In this document: piece by piece, positions 51,891-64,000 of the stretch
How positions within the stretch are numbered: position 1 is the stretch's first letter
How the letters are laid out: every line of letters starts with the position of its first letter
Assembly: GCF_018350175.1 (NCBI RefSeq)
Contig: NC_058368.1
Location: 167,898,001-167,962,000 of the forward strand
From: Felis catus
Lineage: Eukaryota
Direction: 5' to 3'
Length of the DNA stretch: 64,000 nt
Notes under the pieces: generated by a model
What the model saw: the letters and a program-made list of their open reading frames with translations, nothing else
Databases searched by the model: none
What the model was told of the DNA's origin: nothing
Made by a program: the position numbers and the translations under genes

Positions 51891-53090
51891 TGGCAGATCA
51901 TTGGAAGGGGGCAGGGCAGGCAGAGGGCATTTAGTCAAGCCATTATCCAGCATCTGAATAATTTGATTTTGTGTTCTTTTTAAATGCATATCTCTTGTAC
52001 TTTTTTCATTCATAAAATTTTTTCTCTTATGTTTTAATGCTTTTATAGCTTGCCCAGAAAATAAAGGTTCTCTTAAACAGGCATACTAAAGGTGATGAGT
52101 GATCATTCTTCACACATGTGTATTTTAGATGGGTAATCTGAGACTCTATTAAAATAGATCATCAGGTAAGAAATTAGAGATGCAGGGATTTATTAAACAC
52201 ACATTTGCAACTATGTTCTAAACAAAGCTATTAAATACATGTGGTTTTCTCAACATTTTTCATATATCAGGAAAGCTCAACTTTTTCATTCCACTTTTAC
52301 ATTCATTTGACTAAGCAACAAATAGTCTACATAGATGCTCTTCATGTATCTAAAAACCAAGGCCTGCATAAATAGGACAATTTCTTATGTTTTCCTTTTT
52401 AATCTAATGTATATTTTTCCTAGGGTGTTTCATTTTTACATGTAATGTCTTCCTTTAATATAATGTGTATTCAAACCTTCCTTCAAATCATAATCCTTTG
52501 TATCATGATGTTATCCTAAATAGTAAAGTCATGGCAGTACTAAATCAAAATGTGGTGGTAAATCAAAATTTATATCTGAGAATTCCACAGTCAACCAATT
52601 TTTGAACACAGCCCATCCCACCGGATCAAGCTCACTTCAAACTAACATCTTTTAGTTCAAGAATACATGTTCCCATTAGTGTCCTAGTCAGGACTGTGGT
52701 GCAGAGTTTGAAGAGCTAGTAGTGATTTTCAGTATTACGTTAAAATCACATTGAAATTATCCTTATGGTTAATTCCACATATTTAAAACAAATTTTAAAG
52801 GTAAAAATTGTATCTTATTAAAGAAGGCTTGGAAGAGACACAATAACACTGATTCATAAATAGAATAAACACTGATTCAAAAGCTGGATTGTTTTTTCTG
52901 ACTATTCTGGAAGATTTCAAAACTACTTCCAATAAAGATTAGTGACATGGTATCACAAAAATTGTTTTTAAAAAGAAAATCCTCCATTTCGATGCTAAGT
53001 AATTCCAAATGTTAAAAAGAAATCATTGAAATAGTGTTTTCTTGCTATTGTAGTGCTTTAAGTCAGATGAATTTGTGATAGAGCAAAATC

Positions 53091-53093
<3 letters not shown>

Positions 53094-53134
<41 letters not shown>
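53094..53134. repeat. (GT)~20 microsatellite
   Basis: Directly visible. Confidence 0.99.
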
Positions 53135-53137
<3 letters not shown>

Positions 53138-53319
53138 ATGTGCGTGCAGGTACCCACATATGCACAGATTATAAATCTCCCTCCCTCCCTTTTAGGCCAC
53201 AGGTAATTAATTTAAAACTAGTTTATCTTCAGGCTGTAGACAGCAATGAAATTACATATTTAAAATAAAACATACAAGACAATAAACAATAAATTTTAGA
53301 GACTTCTATAATGCTACAT

Positions 53320-53800
53320 TTATTTAAAGAAAAATGCTCTTGCAGAAAAGGAGGAAAAATTAATCTGTCCTATTAGAAGTAATGATACTGATTACCCTTG
53401 GGGTAGGGTAATCACTGGAAAGGGTCAGGAGGAGTGAGGATTGTAGTGTGGTGGAAATGCTTTTTGATCTGAATGCTGGTTACAGGGTATATTCACTTCG
53501 TGAAGATTTACTGAACTTACAATATATGTGCATGTTTCTTTATATTATACTTACAAATTAAAAAAAATTTTAATGTTTACTTATTTCTGAGACAGAGAGA
53601 GACAGAGCATAGGCAGGGGAGGGGCAGAGAGAGAGGGAGACACAGAATCAGAAGCAGACTCCAGGCTCTGAGCTGCCAGCACAGAACTTGATGCGGGGCT
53701 GGAACCCACAGACTACGAGATCATGACCTGAGCCAAAGTTGGACGCTCAACCGACTGAGCCACCTAGGTGTCCCTATACTTAAAAGATTTTTAAGTAGAA
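53320..53800 (+). mobile_element. Old L1 3' UTR end, interrupted by a SINE
   Basis: 'tttgatctgaatgctggttacagggtatattcacttcgtgaagatttactga'. Confidence 0.65.
53568..53774 (-). mobile_element. CAN-SINE
   Basis: GA tract, 'gagatcatgacctgagcc..ccgactgagccacctaggtgtccc'. Confidence 0.95.
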
Positions 53801-53977
53801 AATGAATTAAAAGGATATTACACCATTTTTGTTTATATTTTTATATATCAGTACATATTTTCACATTCGTAAATATACACACACACACAAATATATATAT
53901 AGAAGTGGTTCTTTTAATTTCAGTGCTGTACAAGGCAATTATTTCTTATTTAACCTGATTTATTTAAAATATATGCT

Positions 53978-54196
53978 GGGGCGCCTGGGTGGCTCAGTCG
54001 GTTAAGCGTCCGACTTCAGCTCAGGTCACAATCTTGCAGTATGTGAGTTCGAGCCCCGCGTCGGGCTCTGTGCTGACTGCTCAGAGCCTGGAGCCTGTTT
54101 CAGATTCTGTGTCTCCCTCTCTCTCTGACCCTCCCCCGTTCGTGCTCTGTCTCTCTCTGTCTCAAAAATAAATAAACGTTAAAAAAAATTAAAAAA
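53978..54196 (+). mobile_element. CAN-SINE (SINEC_Fc type)
   Basis: Full layout; TSD aaaatatatgct 53966-53977 / 54197-54208. Confidence 0.97.
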
Positions 54197-55741
54197 AAAA
54201 TATATGCTCCTTTGAGCAATTCGGAATAATTTTGGATGTGACTTAGCCTCCATTAGGAGTAAAGATGGCTAAATGAACTCTTTTAGTATAGGATAATTAA
54301 ACTATCTCTATCAGGTAAACCAAAAGAACTGAAAAACAAAGATATATTCTTCATCAATTCTAACAGGCCTTTTTTAGAGACTACAAAATTTCCCTTACTT
54401 TTAAGGAGTAAAAAAAGTAGCATGTTCCATAAAAGTTTGTACATATGTGCATCAATGTAACCAAAAGCCTGATGAACTCAAATTTCTGAGGGCTTTTATA
54501 AATTATTCAAGATCTTTAAAATAGATCTTATTATTGAAAAATAAAATAGATCTTATTTTTGAAAAATGATATGAAATGTACAGTAAGATATTCAAGTAGT
54601 GTGGTCTCACTGAAAGTTTAATTTAATAATATTATCAGATAAATAATATTAAATACCCAAATAGTATTAGGTCAATGAACATTTAAATGGATTCTATGAA
54701 ACCTAATAAAAGACACAAAGCTATTATCCTAAAAGAAGGTGAAATTTCTAGTCATGGAACATTGAAAATGAAAAAAATGCAGACATCAAACAAAACCTGA
54801 AATTGGCATCTGGTGAAGTACACAGGATAGCTGAGCGTGGAAGAGACAGCTCGCTATAACAGATTTATTTATTTAGACATAATTAGACACTCAGGCAGAG
54901 GAAACTACTTAATTTTAAGGTTAGCTTATGACCAAAAGCTCAACAACTTCAACAAGGTTAAAATGCTCAAAATCTTTACCAATTCTGAATATTCTCATAT
55001 ATAGCATATCTGTTTTCCCCTTGTTCCTATGATACTGCTCTCTGTATTGCCCAGTTTGCCTGCCCAAATCATTCCTTCGTTCCTCTACCAATCTGACATT
55101 CATCCTCTCTGAAATCTTTGATCACACCCCAGCTCCCAATGATCTTTCTCCTTCTCTAGAATCCTCTGGCACTAGGAGCTTAACTTTTATGTAAGATGTG
55201 TTTTATGAATGCAACTCATTTTTTTCTGATGGGAAAAGTAAAGAAAGGACAACTTCCATGTACCACATTTTCTCATTGAATCTTTCCAGCAGTCCAATTC
55301 ACAGATGAAAAAATTTAGAATCACAGAGAGACTAAATAATTTCTCAGTCTTCACAGAGATATTAAAAACCAATATTGGGTTCTGAATACGGAGGCTGCTT
55401 GACTCCAAAATATTAGAGCCTCTATCTACCTTCAAGCAGATGGTGATTCTGAAGGACAGGGAAGACTGTACTTCACCATGGTACCTCTTCTAGAAAATGG
55501 GTTGCATGACTAACTCCACTACTCCTTGTACATTGCCAGAGATAGATGTCAATAACGAACCTGCATGTGCTTAGACACCCTGTTAATAGTAGCACAGGGA
55601 CTAGAAACTATCTTCTGGTTCCTCTGCCCCATGTTCCACTGAACACTCAAGGATGAACAATTATATCTAAGTGGACAGCATATTGTGGTGGAAAGGATAC
55701 CAGATTTAGGGCAGAGAAATCTGGGTTTAAATCCTATCTCT

Positions 55742-56459
55742 ATGGCCAAAATGAACAATCAGGAGACTATAGATGCTGGAGAGGATGTGGAGAAACGGGA
55801 ACCCTCTTGCACTGTTGGTGGGAATGCAAATTGGTGCAGCCACTCTGGAAAGCAGTGTGGAGGTTCCTCAGAAAATTAAAAATAGACCTACCCTATGACC
55901 CAGCAATAGCACTGCTAGGAATACCCAAGGGATACAGGAATACTGATGCATAGGGGCACTTGTACCCCAATGTTTATAGCAGCACTCTCAACAATAGCCA
56001 AATTATGGAAAGAGCCTAAATGTCCATCAACTGATGAACAGGATAAAGAAATTGTGGCTTATATACACAATGGAGTACTACATGGCAATGAGAAAGAATG
56101 AAATATGGCCCTTTGTAGCAACGTGGATGGAACTGGAGAGTGTGAGGCTAAGTGAAATAAGCCATACAGAGAAAGACAGATACCATATGTTTTCACTCTT
56201 ATGTGGATCCTGAGAAACTTAACAGAAACCCATGGAGGAGGGAAGGAAAAAAAAAAAAGAGGTTAGAGTGGGAGAGAGCCAAAGCATAAGAGACTCTTAA
56301 AAACTGAGAACAAACTGAGGGTTGATGGGGGGTGGGAGGGAGGGGAGGGTGGGTGGTGGGTATTGAGGAGGGCACCTTTTGGGATGAGCACTGGGTGTTG
56401 TATGGAAACCAATTTGACAATAAATTTCATATATTGGAAAAAAATAAATAAAAAAAAAA
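55742..56459 (+). mobile_element. Young 5'-truncated felid L1 (ORF2 C-terminus + 3' UTR + A tail) inserted in a MIR
   Basis: Encodes ..[24 protein letters not shown].. (L1 ORF2 Cys-rich motif) with frameshifts; stop 56211-56213; G-rich 3' UTR; direct repeat taaatcctatctct 55728-55741 / 56460-56473. Confidence 0.97.
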
Positions 56460-57306
56460 TAAATCCTATCTCTGGCATTACTTTGTATCCTTAGGCAACA
56501 TTTGCAAATACTCTCAGCCTATTTTCTTATCGGTACAACAACAGTAATAGAGATATTGAAGGTCTGTAATGAGAAGACTAAGGGATCTGATAAATGTTAA
56601 ATTACTAACAAAATACTCACAGCTAGTCTTCTTGTTCCCTCCCAACTTACATGTCACAGTGAAATGCTGAATTCTGGTATTCTACTGAAATGTCATCATC
56701 TGCAGGGGTTCATCATAAAGCACAGTCCAGAAATGTACAGTGTATGTCCTCTACAGGGGATCTACTCCACACGGTCTTCCATGACCCCTCCAGGTGTCTA
56801 TAAGAGAACGGTGCTCCTGGCTACTCATTACTCAAGAGTATTAAGGAGATGGCATCTTGAAAATAATTTCAAGCATTCATTATCATATCAAATAAGACAG
56901 ATTTCAATAGAAGAGGGCAAGGAGTTGTGAAGGATATGGGTTCCTTTTTATTTCTGATTTGTTCCAGTCTACCTTCCAGGATGTCAGATGAACAGTCTTT
57001 ATTTATAAATTATCCTACAGCTGAGAACAAAAGGATGAGATTATAAAAGGCAGGAAAAAGCTTCAGAAAGATGAAGAAGGAGGTAAACTTAAGGTCTATT
57101 AACTACATGTATGAATTAACACCCTGAATCAACAAGGCAATAAAATAAATGAAATCCATGTTCAGTGACTGGTTGCATCATTGCCACAAAGGGGGAAAAA
57201 AAAAAACAAAAGAAAACAAAAGTCAAACTGACATCCATTTTTCTCATGTTACTAAATTTAGAATGAATCCAAAAATGGAGTTTTACACTAAAAATGGCTA
57301 ACCTAT

Positions 57307-57522
57307 GGGGCACCTGGGTGGCTCAGTCAGTTAAGCATCTGACTCTTGGTTTTGGCTCAGATCATGATCTCACAGTTTGTGAGTTAGAGCCCCACATCGA
57401 GCTCTGTGCTGGCAGTGCAGAGCCTGCATGGGATTCTCTCTCCCTCGCTCTCTCTCTGCCCCTCCCCTACTTGGGCTGTCTCTATCTCTCTCAAAATAAA
57501 TAAATAAACTTAAAAAAAAAAA
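57307..57522 (+). mobile_element. CAN-SINE, older subfamily
   Basis: Full layout; degenerate TSD. Confidence 0.95.
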
Positions 57523-57534
57523 AGATGGCCAATC

Positions 57535-57850
57535 TAGAGCTGTACTGCAATACAGTAGCGACTAGCCATACATGGCTGTTGAGCACTTGAAATGTGGATC
57601 ATCGGAATTAAGATTTCAAAGACTTAATATAAAAAAGAGAATGGAAAATACCTAAGTAGTAATATTTTTAATTAGTTATGTGCTGAAATAATGATATTTT
57701 GGATATGTTTTGTTATATAAAATACATTATTAAAATGAATTTCATCAATTTCTTTTCACTTTTTTCAATGCACTTATAGAAAATTTGAAATTACATATGT
57801 AGTACACATTTGTGGCTTGCATTACATTTCTATTAGACAATGCTGGCCTA
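57535..57850. mobile_element. MER33/MER3-like hAT-Charlie MITE
   Basis: 'gctgtactgcaatacagtagcgactagccatacatggctgttgagcacttgaaatgtgg..gtggcttgcattacatttctattagacaatgctg'. Confidence 0.8.
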
Positions 57851-58158
57851 GAATGAGAATCAAAGATATGTGACATTCAAGCAAGTGATATACATGAGAA
57901 ATACCCTCTTCAACTCAAATAAGAGGAGTCAAACTTCATTAAGAATTATATTTGCCAACTGCTTCCTGAGTCACAGATGTTCATGTGATATTATGCAGTA
58001 GGTATTTAGCATGTTATTACATTGTCACCCGAAACATTTTTGATCTTTAAGACAGTGATCTACAGAGATAAGATTTAAAGAACTTAATTCCAAATATCTA
58101 TTTTAAATGTAAATTCTAAATATATTTAATGACATAGATGTCACTAGAATACCAGATT

Positions 58159-58162
<4 letters not shown>

Positions 58163-58205
<43 letters not shown>
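58163..58205. repeat. (TG)~21 microsatellite
   Basis: Directly visible. Confidence 0.99.
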
Positions 58206-58208
<3 letters not shown>

Positions 58209-58259
58209 TTTACAAGGTCAGGAAGTCAAAAGCAAAAGCAAAAGCAAAAGCTCTGAGGA

Positions 58260-58860
58260 ACCTGAGACTTGTCATCTCTTTCCCAGACTATTCCAATGTC
58301 TTCCTTATTTATTTGTCTCTTCACTGGTCTCTTCTCAGTGCAACCCATCCTCCACACCACTGCTAGAGTTCTGGTTTGGAAGATTAATTGGATTTTGTCA
58401 CTTTCCTCCTCAAACACCTCCAACAACTCCCAACATTTATAGCATAAAGTCTAAATTCTTCAGAGTTAAAGCTTGCCAACATCTCACTCCAAACCTCTTT
58501 CCACTCTCATCTCTGAGAATTTTCTACCACTAGCAAATGCTTTGCCCTTCCCAATTATGCCAAGCTTGCTCAGGAGCTCTGCTGCCCCCTGTCTCCTCCC
58601 TGTCTGGTGGTGATCTCCCCTTGCCTTTAGTGATATTCCCAGATGACTTGGGATGGCCTTTTCTATACCCTTCGGGTATCTGGTATATTGATATCTTCAT
58701 ATATCACACTTATCACATTATATTGTACAGGGCTGTTGCCCCACTGAAGATCAGTTTGTGAAGGAGGAGATGAAGACAAGCATCTTGACATTGTACCTTT
58801 GTGCCCCTAGATCTAGGAGAGTGACAGACATGAACTGGATCTCCAATAAATATTCACTTT
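58260..58860 (+). mobile_element. L2 remnant
   Basis: 'ccatcctccacaccactgctagag', 'agcataaagtctaaattctt', end 'ctccaataaatatt'. Confidence 0.65.
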
Positions 58861-61178
58861 TTCCCTTCATCTTAGGTATGACCCACATAAGACTCTCATG
58901 TTTTTGAAGCATCTAGTGCTTTCCTACAAATATGACCAACATCCCTACTGTTCTACCAGTTTGGAATGCTTTTCTTTTTGAAATTTGTTTCCTTTTGTCT
59001 TTACTTTTATCAGAACAATACATGTATATTGTTTCCAAAAAAAAGTTAAATACTACAACCAGCAGTCTCGTGTTGTACACTTTCTCATTTTCAAGCCCTA
59101 CTTCCTAAAGTCCATGACTTCCAACTCCTTTAGGTGTTTCTTTCTGTTCTTCCCTTCATTCTTATATTTCTTAGACTGTGCTCTTAAGGAGCACAAAGGC
59201 AAAAGCAGATTTATTTGAATCTTCATGCTTCCTAAAATATCTTGTAGAGTACTTTACACATAATAGATACTCAACAAACACTTGTTGGTTGATTGAATGA
59301 ATGGAAACGTGAATATTCATGTTCTCTGGTGCTTGAGCATAAACTACTCAATAGTTTCGAAAGTAAAAATGCATTCATATACCACTGTCAAGGCAAAGAA
59401 ATAGGATAAAATGGGGTACCCATTAAGAACAAACAAGAAGGAGATAATGAAAGACAAGGTGGGCAGAAACCAGGTATCTTCCAAACCAAAAAAATCAGTC
59501 AGGGTAGCCGGGGAATATAGGTTACCTGAATGAGTTTTAAAATCGGATACACTTAGATTTGCATTCTAGCTGAATAACCTCAGGCAAATTACAGAACTTT
59601 CCTTGGTCTCCATTTACTTATCTGTAATTGGTGATAATGCTCCCCTCCTTCAAGATCTGCTATAAATGAGCTTCTATTATGACCTATAAATGAAAGCTGC
59701 TTTATTATTTTGTGTGCATATGGGAATAATAATAACAAAAACAACATCACCCTGACAACCTCAAAGATAAGGCTGACTTCTGGTCTAACCAGAAGCTTCT
59801 TGCACACTTACTGCTGAGGCTTCCTCAGGCGAGGGCGGAAACAGAAGGAAGTGGTTATAGTAGGTAATGGCAAATACGTGGGAAGACATGAGGACAGATT
59901 CCTTCCTTCTAAAGGCAGAATTCTACTTACATCTATATGTTAATCATCTTTTTTGTTGCTTGCTTCAGAGATTCTACCAAGAAAAATAAAGCCTCTTTTT
60001 TAAATGGCACACTCAAAAGCACAATAACAATATTTTAGAAATGACAACAGATATCTGACTGCTGCTAAAATTTAATTCATATACTTGATGGAAGAGTGTA
60101 TTTCATAAACATCCTATACTAATGTAATCCATACACTGAGTAAAAACTCTATCTTCAACTTTCTATTAAGATAGATACGCCAGGATCTCAAGACAATAAA
60201 ATCTCACTAGAGAGTATCATATACCAGAACCTTAAATTGCTCTCAGCATCTCCCTGATGATTCACTGCATTAATGATAAGTGATTGGTTAAAAGCATTTA
60301 AATCAACCTTATGATCTTGAAATTTTCCATGAACAAAAACAATATCCATCTAGAAAGATCTTGCAAAAATGATTTTGTTGTATAGAAAAAGAGAAACATA
60401 GCACAATAAATTATTTTAAAGCATTTGGCTAGTGAAGTAATTTCCTCTACTAGGTGGAATATAACACAAGCCCCTGAATCGCAAAGTGCTTATAGGTGAC
60501 GGGTAATCCAAAATACTTGTGCCCCCTTCCATCTACCACAGACACATGAAATTATAAAACAGGTGATGCACAAAATCATTAAGCTGATCTGAAAATATAA
60601 AACCTCAAAGCAACTAACAATATCAGAATGTTGTCCTCATAGCCCTAAATAACCTAAGGGTGGAGGGAAGAAAAATTATCTTCACATATGGTGGTAGACT
60701 TTGCTAGTTGTGCAATATTTTTTATATATAACAACTGTAACTACTTACTAGTTGTGGTCCACTTTAGAGAAAAGAAGACCCCAAACAGAGAAATAAGGAT
60801 GGTTTAAGTGGGGATGTTTTTATGTTTTTAATGAAAGCACAGGTACAAACCAAGTCTCTGAAATGGAATTAATTTCGAATTAAATGACTTTATCATTACA
60901 ACTTTTTAAGTCAATGCTCATTCTAATAACAAAAGTAGAATTTAAGTAATCTGGATTTGGACATTTGAATAAATTAAAAGCGTATTTCTTTCAACTGAAT
61001 TCTTTGGCTGACAGGGCATAAGAGAAATTCACTTCTTTGGGGAAGGCAGCTCCCTGTGTCCTAGAATAAAAACTAAAACAAATGACAAATAAACAAAAAT
61101 ATCTTGTGCCTAATACATTTGACATTCTATTGGTGTCTTCCTCCTGTGTTATTAAGGGCCTTTGATGACTATAATAAC

Positions 61179-61181
<3 letters not shown>

Positions 61182-61224
<43 letters not shown>
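61182..61224. repeat. (AG)~21 microsatellite
   Basis: Directly visible. Confidence 0.99.
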
Positions 61225-61226
<2 letters not shown>

Positions 61227-61494
61227 CACACAGAGGGAGAGAGTAGAAGGAAAGATACACACACAGATATGATCACTGTCTTGCAAGTGGATATTTTCAA
61301 ATGTCAAAAATTTCAACTCACAAATTTCTGTTATTAAATTGTAGATTAAAAACCCAAATAAAAAGCTTCTCTTTCAAATACTGTTAAGCTCCAGATATAC
61401 AAAAAAATCTTTTTACTACAAAGTAGCTAGAAATGCTGGATGAAATTTAATAAGCATTTCTCAAAATACACAGCTGACTTTGTAAAAAAGCAAG

Positions 61495-61687
61495 CAAAAA
61501 TTTACCATACAACTCAGCAATTCTTCTTATAACCATCCACTCAATATAAAAAACAAAAACAAAAACATGCGCTCATACAAAGACTTGCATGAGAGTGTTC
61601 ATAGCAGGATTATTCATAATAGCAAAATTTAGAAACAACTCAAATGTCCATTAACTGATAAACAGATAAACAAAATATGGCATATCC

Positions 61688-61718
<31 letters not shown>

Positions 61719-62105
61719 CAAAACAAAACAAAATACGGCATATCCATGCAATGGGATACTATACAGCACTAAAAAGGATTAAAACATTGAGATATGCCAC
61801 AACATAAATGAATATCAAAAACATAATGCCAAGTGAAAGAGGGAGATGCAGAACACCACACCTTTTATGATTCTATTTATATGAACTGTCCAGACAAGGC
61901 AAATGTATATAGATAGAAACTAGAATAGCAGTTGCCTAAAGTTGGATATGGGAAGAGAGATTAACTGTAAACAGACAAGAGGATCTTACTGGGGTGGTAG
62001 AAATACTCTAAAACTGGATTTTGGTGATAGTCATACAATTGTTAATTTACTAAAATAATTTAACTGTGTACTTAAAATGGGTGAATTTTATGTTATATAA
62101 ATAAA
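61495..62105 (+). mobile_element. L1M-type ORF2 end + 3' UTR
   Basis: 'tgttcatagcaggattattcataatagcaaaa..gaaacaactcaaatgtccattaactga', 'atgattctatttatatgaactgtccaga', 'aactgtgtacttaaaatgggtgaattttatg'. Confidence 0.9.
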
Positions 62106-62399
62106 GTCTTCCTAAAAAGAATGTGAAAAATTTAAGGACTCCCAAATTAAGGAAGAATGCCACAATTACCTGGAAGACACTTGTTAATCTTGGTAGCCTG
62201 AGTTTAATGGCCATGTAGGCCTGAAGGGGGAAAAATGAACTCCTCTGAGAATTAAAGTCCTACACCATCCTTCACATAAATTTGGACTGCGAATTACCCT
62301 TTAATACTGCTCTTGGAAACCTCTACCCAAGTAATAAACTCAAACTCACCTGTCCAAAAAGGTAGTGCCCCAGAGCTCCTGATGGAAGCAAACACAGAT

Positions 62400-63200
62400 T
62401 TTTGGAGGCACATCCAATAGCCCAAGTCCCACTGGAGTTCTACAGATAAAGCTCAAATCAGAGCTCACATTTAAAACACAAAACAAAAACAAGACTAAGT
62501 CCCAAAGGAGTTCAGATTTTAGATTACAAGATCATAAATGTAATAAATGTATATTTAAAATGTTTGAGAAATAAAAAGGAAACTGAAAACATGAACAAAT
62601 AAAGACTATATGAAAATGAATCAGAATTTCTACAAATCAAAACCATGATTACCCAAATTCAAAATGCAACAGACACTTAAAGAGACAATTAGACAGAGCT
62701 GAAGAAAAAATTAATTAATTGGAAGACAGATCTGAAGACAGAATCTTTTATAACCCATGGAAGGATAATATAAAAGAGAGTTTAACAGACAAGAAAGTCT
62801 AATATATGATAAACTAAATTAAATTAACTAAATCTCCAGGAAAAAAGCATAGAGGTAATGGAGGAAAGGCAATGTTTGAGAACTTAATAATTGAAACTTT
62901 CCCCAAACTGATTAAAGAACTGAGTCCTTAGATCCAGGATGCTCTACAAAGTCTAAGCATGGTAAATAAGAAGAAATATATAAATAGAGCTGTCAGAAAA
63001 ACTGAAGAACGTTAAAAGGAAAAAAAAAAGGATATTATCAGCATTCCAAAGAAAAAAGGAATCACTAAAAAGGGATGATGACTGTCATCTCTCTCAATAT
63101 AATAGAAGCCAGAAGATAGCGGAATAATATCTTCAAAATACTGAAAGAAAATAACTATAATTTTAAAATATTATGTACATAGCTACATATCACTCAAGAA
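62400..63200 (+). mobile_element. Old L1 ORF1-region remnant
   Basis: A-rich; 'agacagagctgaagaaaaaattaattaattggaagacagatctgaaga', 'aatagaagccagaagatagcggaataatatcttcaaaatactgaaagaaaataac'. Confidence 0.75.
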
Positions 63201-64000
63201 TTGGGTACCCTAAAATGTGATCTTATATTTTTAAAACATTTCTGCATAAAAGGCCCACCACACATCTTTGTTCGTGAATACAATGTTCCCCATTCTTGAA
63301 TAAACTAACAACAATGTTATCCTGCCTAATCTAAGCTATCGGGTAAGAAATTATATATTATTTTCTTAATGTATATAAGAAGTTAATAAAGAACATTTCT
63401 AAAATCAGTACACCAAAGAAATAATACCCTTTTATCACATAACATGACTTACTTGAGTAATCAATATATTTTCTACCCCCCATTGCAATTCTGAGGAAAG
63501 GTAAGCCTAGTAGGTCTCCCAAAGAAGGCTGACAGTGGGAGGTGGGAAGTCATATGGTCTGTAGGAGAAAAAGGCCTCCAGCTGGGGAAAGAGGACAGCT
63601 TGGTTTTGGCTCTGTTTCTTCCTCTGTAAAAAGTAGGGGCTTCATAGACATCAACATTTTCTGATGGCTGCTATGGCTCTCAAGCCTGATAATCTTTTAG
63701 CCCAATCCTATAGGATGAAATTTCTGTCTTCCATAATTTCAGAAGCCATAATAAAGCTATTGTAGCACATTATATAACACATTCTTGCAAAATTTTCCCA
63801 CTAATAATTGTATTAACTAGAAGTTTCCAGTCTGGACTCCTCATCCCATTCCCCAAGCCCCAAGAGATTTAATAACAGAAACAACGGTTTTGAAAGAGGT
63901 TTACAAAACTGACAGCTTTTTTTCCCCAAGAATACAGTGCTGGGTAGGGGATACTAGGTGCCAGTTTACAGGTCTTCCCAACAGTACCAAGTGTATTGCT

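Noticed and set aside
55685..55879. ORF containing [18 protein letters not shown]
   Set aside because: Alternative-frame translation of the L1 ORF2 end fused to MIR sequence
1..64000. CRISPR arrays, operons, intact tRNA/rRNA genes, intact retroviral or transposase ORFs
   Set aside because: None seen; the sequence is mammalian, and tRNA-like heads belong to SINEs apart from the half-tRNA at 25.6 kb

Overview
AT-rich mammalian (almost certainly felid) genomic DNA that looks intronic or intergenic, with no CpG island and no protein-coding gene I recognise. It is dominated by interspersed repeats: 20 carnivore tRNA-derived SINEs (CAN-SINE/SINEC_Fc type, most with visible target-site duplications, TSDs), one young felid L1 3' end, older L1/L2/CR1/MIR remnants, hAT and Tigger DNA-transposon MITEs, and microsatellites. 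Many ORF-track entries are repeat-derived and the rest look like chance ORFs. Best-supported unusual observation: a TSD-flanked, tail-less 5' half of tRNA-Thr(TGT) at 25581-25619 (-). More speculative: a chain of phase-compatible minus-strand exon candidates (34.9, 29.9, 15.1, 12.9 kb) encoding an unrecognised hydrophobic C-terminus, a (TG)n-associated poison-exon candidate, and several motif-dense enhancer candidates. I found no solid evidence for a new biological system. Repeat family names come from recalled consensus sequences and boundaries of old repeats are approximate.
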